64,000 nt of DNA, taken from Cenococcum geophilum (Eukaryota). Made by a program: the position numbers and the translations under genes. Shown one piece after another: positions 11,780 to 24,560 of this stretch. How positions within the stretch are numbered: the first letter of the stretch is position 1; every line of letters begins with the position of its first letter. The stretch covers positions 5,084,001 through 5,148,000 of the forward strand of contig CP158635.1 of the NCBI GenBank assembly GCA_050273025.1, written 5' to 3'. Under the pieces are notes generated by a model, which was not told the origin of the DNA, ran no database searches, and saw only the letters and a program-made list of their open reading frames with translations.

Positions 11780-13959
11780 AATATTAAGAAATATAAGTTC
11801 TATATATCTAAAGCTATATACTTAGGCCTAATTATATCCTATAACGGAATTAAAATAAACTTTAAAAAAATCGCTGTAATTATAAACTAGGAAAGTCCTA
11901 GTAGTATATAAAATATCTAAGGATTTCTAGAATTTGCAAATTTCTGCTGTTAATTTATTAATTACTTTTTAAAAATTATTTAGCTATTAATAAACTTAAT
12001 AAAAAAGAATATAAGATTTAAATGGACTACTAAATATAAATAAGCTTTTAATAACCTAAAACATTATTTTATAACTACCCTAATTTTTACCTACTTTAAT
12101 CTGGACCTTAAATATATCGTTAAAATAGACTTATCTAATTATGCACTAGGAGGAGTATTATTACAATATAATAAGAATAGCGAGCTACGCCCAGTAGCCT
12201 TTTTCTCCCAGAAACTTACCCCTACTAAATTAAACTATAAAATATATAATAAGAAACTACTTATAATTATTAGATGCTTTAAATAAAAGCGTCTAAAACT
12301 TAAAGGATTATTGTTCCTAATACGCGTATTAATAGACTATAAAAACTTATAGTACTTTATAACTATAAAATAATTAATATAGCGCTAAATTCGTTAGGCC
12401 GAATACCTCTTATAATTTAACTTTAAGATTATATACTAACCTAGTAAACTTAATTAAAAGCCTAACTTATTAATAAAATAATTATAGGACTTACTTATAA
12501 ACGCCTCTAATAAACGGATTATAAATTAATTGTAAATTCTACTGCCCCCTAAACGCTTTAAGAAACTACGCCCTATATTTTTAAACGCGGAGCTTAATAA
12601 AAATGAATTAGAAATTAATAAGTGGGATATAGAAATTAATAAATTAATAGAGCACGAATATAAGAACAACCCCTAAATAGTAGATATAATAAAAGCAATT
12701 TAAATAGGGAAACGGCAATATAAGGATATTACACTTACTAAATGCGAAATCTGTAATAATTAGTTATACTATTAATAGAAAATAGTAGTCCTAAATTCCA
12801 AACCCTTACAATTTAAGATACTTAAATTTATACACAATTCCCTTATAGTAGGGCATCCTGGCCATATAAAGACCTATAAGATTATTTAATAAGTATATTA
12901 CTAGCCTATAATATATAACTATATATAAAAATACGTTTAAGTATATAAAATGTGTGTATATAGGAAGACCTCTTATATAAAGAAGTAAGGGGTACTTTAA
13001 CCGTTAATAATTCTAATATAAAGATAGCGAGATATCTTAATTAACTTTATAGTTAATCTACCTAATAGTAATAAGTTTACGAATATTATAGTAGTTATTA
13101 ACCGTCTTATAAAAATGCGATATATAATTCCTATAGACTTAATTAATATAATATTAGTAGCTAAATGTTTTATTAAGTACGTATTTAGGCTATATAGACT
13201 TTTTAATTTAATAATATCCGACTACGGAAGCTAGTTTGTTTTAGACTTCCAATAAGCCTTATATAAATAATTAAGTATATAAACACGACTCTTAACTATA
13301 TTTTATTTAAAGATAGATAGTTAAACTAAAATTATAAACGCAATTATAGAATAATACCTATAAATATACTACTCCTACCTATAAGATAACTGGGAAAAGT
13401 GGCTACCTTTAGCTAAGTTTATTGCAAATAATATAAAAAACAAATTAATAGGTATAATACTGTTTTACGTAACCTACGGATAAGGCCCTTAACTTAGATT
13501 TAAACTATAACCTATAATTAATATAATAGGACCTATAATTAAAAGGATTTAACTAATTAACGCATATAACTTTACTCCATTAAAAAAGAAAATAGAGATC
13601 TAACTGCTGTTTTTAGAGGGTTCTGTCGCCGTTTTTAGAGGTCGCGTTACTAAAACTCCCCGCCGCCCTAAGCCTCTTACTTGCCGGTCTAACGTTAAGC
13701 CTCTTACTTACTTAGCCTGTGCCCCGTTTTTTATAGGTAAACTAGTTTATTTAGAAGTATGACCCTTCTACGCGCCTGACGCTGAACCTATATATACTCT
13801 ATAGCTTTTACCTCTAATCCATTTAACCTAGGCCCCGTTTCTCTTATTCTTTACCCTCCCATTTTCTTAACCCCACATTACTCTCTATATCCTTTCCGCT
13901 GTCACTACCCTAAGTTCTCTTCTAGCTCCCTAAAATGCGGCGCACTTAATTATTAAATT

Positions 13960-16396
13960 ATAGCTTATTATCTAGCGTTACTAACAATAAGTATATAAAT
14001 ATAGATAGCGATGGTAATAGCTACCGGACAGAACTAACCGTCCTTAATAGTAATACTAATAGTACTACTAAATCTAAAAATACTTATAAAGCGTCTGCTT
14101 AAGCATGGCTTTATAAGGATTAAGACTATCTACTAGAATATTACCTTAAATAGTTAAAAGAGTTTAAGAAATCTAATTTTATAATATAGGACTACGCCAA
14201 TGCCACTATAGCTCTCCTTAACCGCATTAAAGAACACTAGCATTAGTAAGTAATAACCTATTTAGCGGCTTCTTTTTAGGCCTAACTTAGCAGAGAGCTA
14301 ATAATTTCTAGATACTGCACCTATATAGGGAAAGACCCCAAGAAAACATACTAAGTCCTCTCGCTTTGGCTCCTTTATAGCTTCTTTAACTAGTCCCTAA
14401 ACTAGAAACGAGGGAAAGGTAGTAGGAAATAGTATAGGATAAAGGTTTCTAGCTCGCTTAGCCTATACTAGAAGTACTATTGCCTTATATATAAGAGAGC
14501 GACTAAAGGGAAAATTACTAGCAAACTAAACCGCCAGATGCATAAGGTAATTATATTCCTAGTTAATCCTTTAACCTAGTAAGGTAAGGCAGAGCTAAGA
14601 TATCTTTTTTAAGTACTTTAAAAACTAGCGGAGAAATATAGTTTAAGCGAGAAAAAGTGAAAAAAGACTGTTATAGACGCGGAGGATCTCGCCCTAGTTC
14701 TTAAGACTAACTTAGTCACAATAAGGAAGCAATATATAGTTGGACGACATTAGATATAAGTGCATTTCTTAATATAACTGGGTCTTTATACTATAAGCTA
14801 ACCTAAAGCTCTTCTAAACCTATGCTACCGACATATAATAATTACACTTATTCGCGACTTAGAAGGCGGGCCTTATAAGATTGTGCCTAAGTTTATATTT
14901 AAATTTACTAAGGAATATCTTAGCATAAAAGAAGCGTATATTCCCTTTCTACCCTATTCCTCTCCTTACGCTTATAGAGAACTAGTAATACTTTCCCAAT
15001 TCCTAAGATTATCTTTAACCCTTTACTTATTCTTAGCCCTTATATCTTTCTCCTAGGCCTTCTTTTTATAAATAAAGCTTTTACGGCCCCTAATCTAATG
15101 TCCGTAGAGTAGCTTAGTAAGCTATATATTAAGCCTAGGCGTAATAAGTTGCTACTACCACTCCGTTTAGACCTAGATAATATCCCTATATTTTGGTGAT
15201 TAATTAAAACCCCCTACGGCCACAAGGTCTTACTTGACTAGCCTTTATTATACTTAACTCTTTTGCCCTAGATTAAGGACCTTAGCGTAATTATGGGATT
15301 TTAGCAGGTTGCGCGCCTATATAGTCTCCGTTACGGCGTAGGTAAGGTATTTAATAAAAATAGTAAGTTTTATTATATAGAGCTAGTTCTACTAAAACCT
15401 TTCTAACGCCTATACTACCTAGGTAATGTAAGTAACGCCCTCCAAAACCTGATAATGTAGCACGCCGACGCTTAAACGTTCCTAAAGCACTACCTTTTGC
15501 GGCGTGTTGATGTAGATACACAAGCAATTGTTTAAGGCTTAAAGCCTTAAGAAAAGTTAATAAAAGCAGTATGCCGAATAAGCCAATTAATTAACCTATA
15601 GCGGCTATAGCACCTAATAATAGAACAATCCTTATTAGTAAATAAAAACCTATATATTTATTCCTTAATCGAAGTTCGAAATAAGCTAAAGCTTAGCCTT
15701 AAGCGCAAAACTATAGAAAGTACAGAATACTAAAAGCTTAGCCGAGAAATTACAAATAAAAGGCAACGTTAGAGAAATGCGCTATTGGAAAATATTAAGA
15801 AGAATTAAAATAACGAATAAGCTATAATTAATATTAAGCGGCAACTTTCCGGAGTTATATTTAGCGAGGATATTAAAGCAACCTTAGAATCTAATAATGA
15901 TAAATTAGCCGAATATAAACGCCTTATTAAAGTGATTATAACGCTACCTAGTATATTACTAGAAGATAAAATACGTAGATGTAATAATGCCATTAATATA
16001 GTTATAGATTACTGCAATATTAAGGAAGGTAGAGTGTATTAGCTAAGTCATTACTAGAGACAGTTTAGGGTAGGTGTCGCCCTTAGCTAAGTTAAGATTA
16101 AAGAAGATATTAAGATTTTAGAAGCAGCTAAAGCGCTAAAAAGTGTAAAGTTATCCTTATTTAAGGAGAAAAGACTAAAGATATGCTTTATCTACCTTGG
16201 GAACTAAAAGCTACTAATTAGCAAGCGTATATATAGGTTCTATACTCTAACTACTCTTATAAAGTATTTCCGACAAGCGCATCTCTCTAAACTCCTATAG
16301 TAGGGTAAGATTAAATGCAATGTTTGCGAAGTGACCCTTAAGCATAAAATGCATTTTTAGAATTATGCGCTTAGTATATATAGGACCTTTTCCTAG
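13960..16396 (+). pseudogene. Starship captain, DUF3435 tyrosine recombinase (RIP-inactivated, intron-containing)
   Basis: De-RIP translation gives QDYADAT.ALLDRIEEHW, SSLGLYWKYY.L.YERA, YSLRYGAGK (~15318), MQHADARTFLKHYL.RRVDVDTQAIVRG (~15455), and C-terminal CFICLG and C2H2-like motifs. Confidence 0.92.
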
Positions 16397-16534
16397 TTAT
16401 TACACGCTTATCTTATTATTCTTTACCACTTTTTATTTCATTTTAGTTTGTTATTATCCAATCCTATTCCAGTATTTAGTAGAATAGATATAATGACTAG
16501 GATTTTGTAATTCGTCTAGGGGGGCGAGGGGTAA

Positions 16535-16636
16535 TAGGTAAGGTAAGGGTAAGGGTAAGGTAAAGGATAAGATAAAGGGTGGGGTAAGGGGTAAGGGGTA
16601 AGGGGTAAGGGGTAAGGGGTAAGGGGTAAGGGGTAA
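16535..16636 (+). repeat. G-rich simple repeat, GGTAA(G) units then (GGGGTAA)8
   Basis: Eight GGGGTAA units at 16581-16636, directly visible. Confidence 0.9.
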
Positions 16637-16819
16637 GGAATAAGGGGAGGGGAGGCTAATAGGAGATGAATAATATAGTTGCTATATAATATCTGACGGA
16701 CCGACTATAGACGAGATATGCATTCGAATTTCTTAGATCAACCCGAACGGAGAAAGAAAGAGAAGTATTATATAATAACTTCCTACCTAAGCCGATCTCC
16801 TAAGCTATATATCTTTACT

Positions 16820-17990
16820 TATATATAACGCTTGCACCTTTTATAACGAAGTATATAAAGGTAATTAGGGTCGGATAGATAACTGCTCTCCTTAATATAA
16901 TATGTAAACTCGGCTTTATAACCGATATTATAACAGGTCCTAGTTATGCAGAGGGTATTAAGACAGTTATTAATGTTTTTGCTTTTACGCTTAGCCACAG
17001 CGCACCTTGCCTCGGCGGATTAAAGTAGTGATTTTATTTATTATAGCTGGGATTAGACAGCTTAAAGTTTCTATATAAAATTTTCCTCCATATCCTTAGA
17101 TGCGGTAATTATTATCCGTATAATGCTGATAGCGAAATCGCTTATAACGTCTAGCTCTATAAAGTCCTTAAGTTTAATAAGCTCTTTAATATGCTCGGCT
17201 GCTATTAAGGTAATTATATTATGCAATACTAAGTTGCCTATTAGGCTAAAGACATCCTTAATAATATTAGGAAACCTATTTACAGACTAGCCGGTTCCTA
17301 GAATATATTAGATTTTTATATTCGTAAGCTCTTTTAGCTATAGTATATCGTAATAATCGGCAATTGCATTAATATGGATGTGGCGAAGTGTAATATAGGC
17401 CGTTATCGGCCGTATTGTTATATCTTTATTATCGCCACCGCTACTGTCTAGTTTAGATAGCGATAAGGCATTAGCGTCGTTAAGTTGCGCTATCTCTAAT
17501 TCTATAGATTAAAGCTTAAGTACGGATAAATTAGATTAACGTATGAATATATCCCTCACCTTAGCTAAGCTTTTCTACACTTATAATATTGGATCCTTGC
17601 TCCTCCTCGCTATTGTTATAGTCCCTTTTATATATAAATTGGATTATTCTTTTAACGGTGCCGGAATTAAACTTGTTAATATTTATAATATTAGTCACCG
17701 CCTTTTACCCGTTAGTGAGTTTCTGGTTAGGGTTAATTCCACTAGATATTTAGTTGGCTTTTACCTAAAAACCTCCATTATAGGCAGCTATAAGTATAGG
17801 AGATTGGGTGTATATAATCGCTTTATAGACTTTAAACTCTAGCCCCTAGTATATAAGTTTTAAGTTGTTATATTTCTCGCTATTTATAAGCTGCGCTAAG
17901 CTAAGCAGAACATTTTTAAATAATATATTTCGTTGGTTTTCTTTCCTAGTTCTAGTTTTAACTACGTCTTAAGCAATATTTAAAAGTATA
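16820..17990 (-). pseudogene. BTB/POZ-domain protein (Starship cargo)
   Basis: Minus strand de-RIP: KYSDLKLICQGLEFKVHKAIVCTQSPVLAAACDGGF, intron, INIDEFDSGTVKRMIQFMYKGDY, then HIHVNAIADYYDIPQLKELA, and a Cys-rich C-terminus. Confidence 0.88.
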
Positions 17991-20014
17991 ATTTAGTGTT
18001 AAATAGGATAATTAAGAATAAGAACTCTGCTTTATTAAACGTGGCTTTAGAGCCTCTATATATACATTAAGAAGTTATTATTAGCTTTATCTAATCTGCA
18101 ACGGATTTAGTTAATTAGTTAGAGCTTTAAACATTAGTCGCTTAACTAAGGACTAATATAACTTCTAAAGTTATAGGTTAATATTTAGCTTATATATATA
18201 CTAAGCATTTTCTGCTACTTCTTTACCCGGATAAAGCCAGTTATATAACTAGAAAAACCCCACTATCTATATCTAGTAAAAGTACGGAAAATTATAAGGT
18301 AATAAATAAACACTATATAAACGTACGCGGCGGCTATAGGTAGAGGAGCGTGCATTGCGGTAAAGGAAAAAAGGTAACTGTATTTTAGCCTAGTCAGCCT
18401 ATAGGCCTTATAACTCTGCTAGTAAGCCCTAAATTTCGCAATAGTAAACGGAACCTAGGCTTAATATGGTTAGCTATTAGCAAAGCAATATTAAAGCACC
18501 TACTTAGATTTAGGATTAAGTTAATTCTCTAAGGAATATAGGGAAGAATCCGATTAGTTCCTAGTAGGAAAGGCTTTTATAGTATGGAACCTTAATTAAG
18601 GCTCGTATTGACTTATTTTAGAAATCTCCTATCTATCCAGTTTAAGTAATTAATTCGACTCTTTAGGGACGCGATATTGAGGAGGCTAGTATCTTACGAT
18701 AAAACAGGGTAATTGTTATAGGCTTGCGATGAAGAGAGCGATGTAGAGCTACCTATAGAATAAGCCTATTAAAACGTAAAGAGAACTGGTAAATAGAGGT
18801 AAACGCGGGGTCAGCGCATCTGGAGAGGCACTAATATAGTATTGTTATGTAGGCCGACCTATTGTCATATCTATGATTTTATTAGCTATATTAGGAGAAG
18901 GCGGAAGCAAAGACTAGTAGCGTTAGCCGGTTTTATATTGCTAGCGGTTGATTAGGTTAACGTAGTTAATATAGTTAATATAGTTAATAGGGTTAATAGG
19001 GTTAATAGAGTTAATGTGGTTGATAGCCCTACCTTAATAAACGGCACTCCGCGCAGCAATACCAACTTCTTATTTTAACGCCACCACGTATAATAAGTCT
19101 TACCGCTAAATCCAAAGCTAGTAATATATAGGCTGTTGCCGGATATTTTAAAACTTAATAAAAGCGGTTCCTGGTAAGCAGGGATATAAGTATAGCCTTA
19201 ACTCTTAGTAATAAAGATTGGTAAACACTTATATAGGAAGAAGCTAAATAACTTCGCTTATTATATCTAATACGCTTTACTTAGTTTAAGGTTCCTATAA
19301 ATAAATAGGAGGAGCTTCTAGAGCGTTTAAACGAGCTGCTAGCGGCTAAGAGTATACCCCAGGTAGCTACTAAAGTCCTTAATTAGCGTATAACACAAGC
19401 CGTTAGGAAAGCCTATTATTAGTTTTGTTGTATTATGGTTAGAACACTTATACTAACTTAAGTTTTAGCTTTATTAAATGTAGCGTCTAAAGAGGAAGCA
19501 AGCGAATCAACTGATTAACCCTAGGTATTAACTAAGTAATATAATCCTATAAGAGATACAGACCGGTAACTTATATGTTATAGGCCCTGCAAAACGTAAG
19601 AGTGGAGGGGTATTGCTTAGAAAGGTTGTTTTAGTTTTCTAAGTAGTTTATATATTAACTTTAGCAGCGCCCCTACTTCCAAGTCTTCTTACTTAAGGAG
19701 GCTCATTTATACTAGATGTTATTAAAGAGATTAGGCTTTTAAAGGGTTAATAGGGAGATAAGGAGCTAGATAGAAAACGTTTATATTAATCCCTAATGTT
19801 AACATATACGGTTATAGCTAAGGTATATACGTAGACAATATGCCTTGTTTCGCTGCTATATACCCTATAGCACCTATCTCGTATACTATATAAATGATAT
19901 AAACCGGCAATTAATATATAGGCTGTAAGACGCGTTGTAGACAAAATGGCATATGCCTTATAACTTAACTCCCTCCTATTTGTTAATATAAGACGTACAT
20001 CTAGCTCCTATATA

Positions 20015-20247
20015 TAACTAGGACCGAAACTAAGCCCCGGCATATAGCCCTATACTTTAAGCCTATTACTTAACTTAGGGTTAAGAGGATATTAGTATGA
20101 TCTAGCACTCTAGTGCTTACCAGCTTAGCTATCCAAACGCCTTTATGCCTATAATGGCCTACTAATGAATTTTTTTATAGGTAATTAGCGTTTTGTTCTC
20201 GTTTTTTAGGTTATTTAACGCCCCTAATTTTAGACCTACGTATACTT
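20015..20247 (+). repeat. ~230-bp dispersed direct repeat, copy 1 (copy 2 at 41084-41316)
   Basis: Colinear match: actaagcccc..atatagccctatac.ttaagcctattactta.cttag.gtta.gaggatattagtat...tataatggcctactaat.aatttttttataggtaatt. Confidence 0.9.
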
Positions 20248-20930
20248 TTGTATAAATCTCTTTGCTCTTTAACATTTTTAGTCTTTTAATTTGTTTGAGT
20301 TAAGGTTGAGGATACAGTATACGGTCAATTAAAGATAGTTATATACTCGGCTCTAAGAATACTTTTTTAGCGTTTCTAATATCCACAAAATCGTATCCCC
20401 AGCAATGTGTTCCGTGTATAATATATAAAATGATTACTAGTCTTTATATATAAGTTTTTATAGCTTTATATATTGCAGCTAATCTAGCTTCTAACGCTAA
20501 AATAGAGTAAAATTAGTGACGACTGAAAGAAGGAATTTAAAAGATAACGCGATATTATTTACTCTTATTTTAAAGACTATAGGTTAATAATAGACAATGA
20601 AGAAGATAAGGCTTTCCAAAACCTTATTAATTACTGTAACGCTTATAATAATCTGGAGAAAGTTTAATATTTAAAGGAGATACTACTTAACCTTGATTGG
20701 GGTAAGACTTAATAAGAGATGCTTACCAAGAAAATATTATAGAAAGGATAGGAGACATTAAGACATAAAATTTAGATATACTATAGGCCTTAAGAAGCTC
20801 CTGGATATAACTTAGTAATAGCACAACAGTGCTTAATAGATTATCTCCCCCGTTATAACTGAATATATAATATAACTTTTGTTTGTCCTCTAATTAACGC
20901 CTAGCGTATAAATAGGATATTAATGGGTAA

Positions 20931-21197
20931 GCTAGGCGATCCTATAAGCTGGGTAATTGTATAAACTAAGTAATTATATGAGCTAGGTAATCGTGCGAGC
21001 TAAATACTCGTAAGAGCTGGCCAATCCTATGAGCTAGGTAATTGTGCGAGCTAGGTGACCGTGCGAGCATAGTGCTTGTAGGAGCTGGGCAATCCTACGA
21101 GTTAGGTAATTATATAAGCTGGGCGATCGTGCGAACTAGGTAATCGTGTAAGCTAGGCGATTGTGTGAGTAGGGTAATCATATAAGCAGGGTGATTT
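20931..21197 (+). repeat. 17-bp minisatellite, ~15-16 units, de-RIP consensus close to GCTGGGCGATCGTGCGA
   Basis: Units start every 17 nt from 20931. Flanked by a ~30-bp direct repeat at 20887-20917 and 21208-21237. Confidence 0.9.
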
Positions 21198-23304
21198 AAC
21201 CTAGCGCCCTCTATTAACGCCTAGCATATAAATAGGAAGCAGATATTAGGAAGATACTAAAACTATAAAAAAAAGAAATATATAAGTCCCAGATCTAAAA
21301 ATATTGAAGAAGTTCCTATATAAAGACCCCTTATATATACTTAGAGAAGTTTCTATATAAACAGCCCTATAAACGTAGCTATAAGTTTAAGCCCTTTCGC
21401 GTAACCTAACTACCTCTTCCTACTACACTGGAATAGATAAATAACCGCTATATACTATAAGTAGAGAAATGATTTAAACAAAAAGAAAACACTATAAAAA
21501 AATATATTTATATCCTTAAGATATAAATCTATAAGTACTGTAGTCTTAAACACGACTAATAGTTGCTAAGGTGGTATGCGTCCTAGGTCTATAAGAAATT
21601 CAAAAAATCCTAGGTCGTTAGCATAGATTTACCTACTATTATCGCTTTTAAGGTAGTAAATAAATTTATCTAAGTGAAAGTATAGATTATTATAAATGCT
21701 TTATAGCTCGCTATAAGTTAAGTAGGCAAAGACTCTAGTAGGAATAGTAAAATATTGTTTTGTTTCGTAATAGGCTAAATAAAAAGAGGCCAAAGTTTTA
21801 ACCCTTTTACCAGCTTTTATTAGAAATCTTCTTTATATTTATATTTTATACTTATAGATTTAAGACTATAAAGCTAAGGCCACCGTATCTAACTGTTGCC
21901 TATATAGCCTTGTCGCTTAACATCTCTTTATTACTATCTACCCCTATTTCTTCATCTTTAGTGCTAAAACCATTTTCTCTATTATATAATGTCTCTGCGT
22001 CCCATTCTTAATCCTTATTATTAAAGTTACTTTCCTAACTAGCTAACGCCTCTACGTTGCCGTTATCTCTAAAGTCGGTTTCTCTATCTATAAACGCCTA
22101 CTTACTAGCTGACAATTTAGGGACGCTATATTTATAGGTACTTAGGGTTGCGGATACCACTTAAGGAGAAATTATAGTTAATGTTGTTAGGATATAGAAC
22201 AAACCTGTGGACCTCTAAGTACTAGCTACTTAGCGCTTTAAATAAAAGATCTCCTTTAACGTAAGGTAGATTAATAGGAGTTAATTTGCCGCCTATATAA
22301 GGCGGAGCGCTTATAAAGGGCTTAGCTAAAATAGCAATTAAACCACCCTAAAGGCACTAATAGCTCCTTTACCATAGATGGGGGGTTAATATACAAAATT
22401 AACTGGCTAGGATAAGTCTACTGCTTAGGCAGTGTCTTGCCCTAAAAAGGATAGGCGTTAGAAGTGGATTATATAATGCTATTCCTGCTAAGAGAGGCGT
22501 TATTAGGGGTTATTGTTAACTTCTAATTCCAGTTTATAACTTTATGCAAACGCTTCTAAACCCTACTAAGGTATGCGGCGTCTATTAGGGATTATTAGCT
22601 ATTTAAGTTTAGCAGCAGCTTAGCCAATAGCTACCCTTAATAATGCCTTACTTATAGACTACTCTAGGCACCTATAGTCTTGGGCGCAGACGATATATAA
22701 GCTAAGAGTAATTATAGCTACTAAATATTATACTACAGACACCACATAAAGTAGAAAGGGGCGGCTAGTATACTCTGCCTTTCCCTTCTGCCTTCTATTT
22801 TAACTCTGCTTTAGGAGAGAAATAAAATATAAACGTTATACTCCTAGTTCTTATATGCTATTAATTTGACTTACCTTTAAATCTAACCTCTTAACTATAT
22901 ATCCCTTACTATCTTTATAAGAATACTAGATATTATATATATTACCTTAATTAAGCTTAGATATATTGCTAATATAACCTATAGGTCCTTAATTAGTGCT
23001 TATAAAAATATTATAATATACTATCGCCCCAAAGATAATATACCTAATTATTAACCTATTGGAAACCTTAAATTATTCTAAAATCGCATTAACGATAAAG
23101 ACACGGCATTTGGTAGCGGGGAGGAGAAATAATTGTAGCTTTCTAACCCTATGCAGAAACAGATGCCTTATACGCCTGCTTAAATACCTAATAAGGCTAA
23201 TTTTTATGAAAGCAACAATAATACGAAAGGCGATATATAAGAGGATATGGTTTAGGGAGGTGTACAAAAAATATACCTTAATTATTTTAGGGGATTGGAA
23301 GGCG

Positions 23305-24560
23305 GTGAAACTAAGATAGACTTACCTAAGCTAATAAAGGACTATAGCGAGGCTAAGATAGACTCGCCTTAACCGAAAGAGAACTATGTTAAAGGCTTAT
23401 CCTAGTAGATAAATACAGTTATAGGTTCTAAATATATTTCGCCGGTACCTAGAGGTATATTTGTAAAACACCTATATTATTTAACAATACTAATAATTAA
23501 GCAGAGAATGGTTTAGTCCCTATATATCCATCTAAAGTGTTAATAATTTCCGATGCTAAGATCTTAAGTAGATAAGTAAAGTATCTTATATCCTGGTTAC
23601 CTACTTATTATATAATAAAGGACATAATATATCTCCGAAACCCCGGTTATAAAGGAATTATATCTTTATATGGTCCTATTGTAGTAATATACTGGTATCC
23701 TACCTAGGTTTTAGCGGTGGCTATACCGTAAAAGAAACTTTTATTATACTATACTAAGAATCCTTATCACCTTTGCCGTTATGCTAAGATATATAAACCG
23801 CTTAAAGATATTATAATTGAGATAGCTAAGAAGGGTAAACTGTATAAGCAAGGAGATTAACTAGGACAGTAGTAGATACTCTCTATACCTGCTTATATAA
23901 TTAAGGAGGTTAACTCTTATAAAATTGATGATAATATAAAGGGTAATATATAAGAGGATACGGAAATATACGCCAATTACCTTAAGAGCCTAGAAGGCCG
24001 TAGTGAAACTAAAATAGTCTTACCTAAGCTAATAGAGAGCTATAGCGAGGCTAAAATAGACTTACCTTAACTAAAAGAGGTTTATATTAAAGGTTTGCTA
24101 ATACCTCTAGGTATGTTTATAAAACACCTATATATTATTTAATAATACTAATAATTAAGTAGAGAATAGTTTAGCTAATCCTATAAACTTCCTTAGAGAT
24201 ATACCTCCCCTAACTAAAGTATTAATAATTTCTGATGCTATAATTTCAGACAGATAACTAAAGTATCTCTTATTATGGTTGCCAACTTGCTATATAATAA
24301 AGGACTTAAAGTGTCTCCGAAACCCTAAATATAGATTAGTTGTATCTATATATAGTCCTATTGTAATAATATCCTAATATCCTACCTGGGTTTTACCTAC
24401 GGGTATACCGCATAAGAGACTTATATTATACTATACTAAGAACCCGCGTTACCTCTATTGTTATACTAGGATATATAAACCGCTTAAAGATATTATAATA
24501 GAGATAGCTTAAAGGGGTAAATTATATAAGCAAAGAGACCAACTAGAAGAGGCGCTAGAT
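23305..24560 (+). repeat. ~560-bp internal tandem duplication within an unidentified pseudogene
   Basis: 23305-23880 aligns with 24003-24560. Both translate as ..TYLLYNKG..SPKP...GIVS.YGPIV..YWYPTWVL...IP.K.L.LYYTKNP.HLCRYA.MYKPLEDI.IEMA. Confidence 0.85.

Noticed and set aside
15805..15993. ORF-track 62-aa minus ORF
   Set aside because: Antisense shadow of the DUF3435 captain.
16581..16636. (GGGGTAA)8 as an interstitial telomere
   Set aside because: Not TTAGGG, short, grades into other GGTAA variants and may be RIP-altered; treated as a simple repeat.
17543..17842. ORF-track 99-aa ORF with apparent signal/TM segment
   Set aside because: Antisense to the BTB/POZ pseudogene; hydrophobicity reflects AT-richness after RIP.
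20931..21197. CRISPR-like interpretation of the 17-bp arrays (also 28699-28979)
   Set aside because: Head-to-tail units without unique spacers, no cas genes, eukaryotic context.
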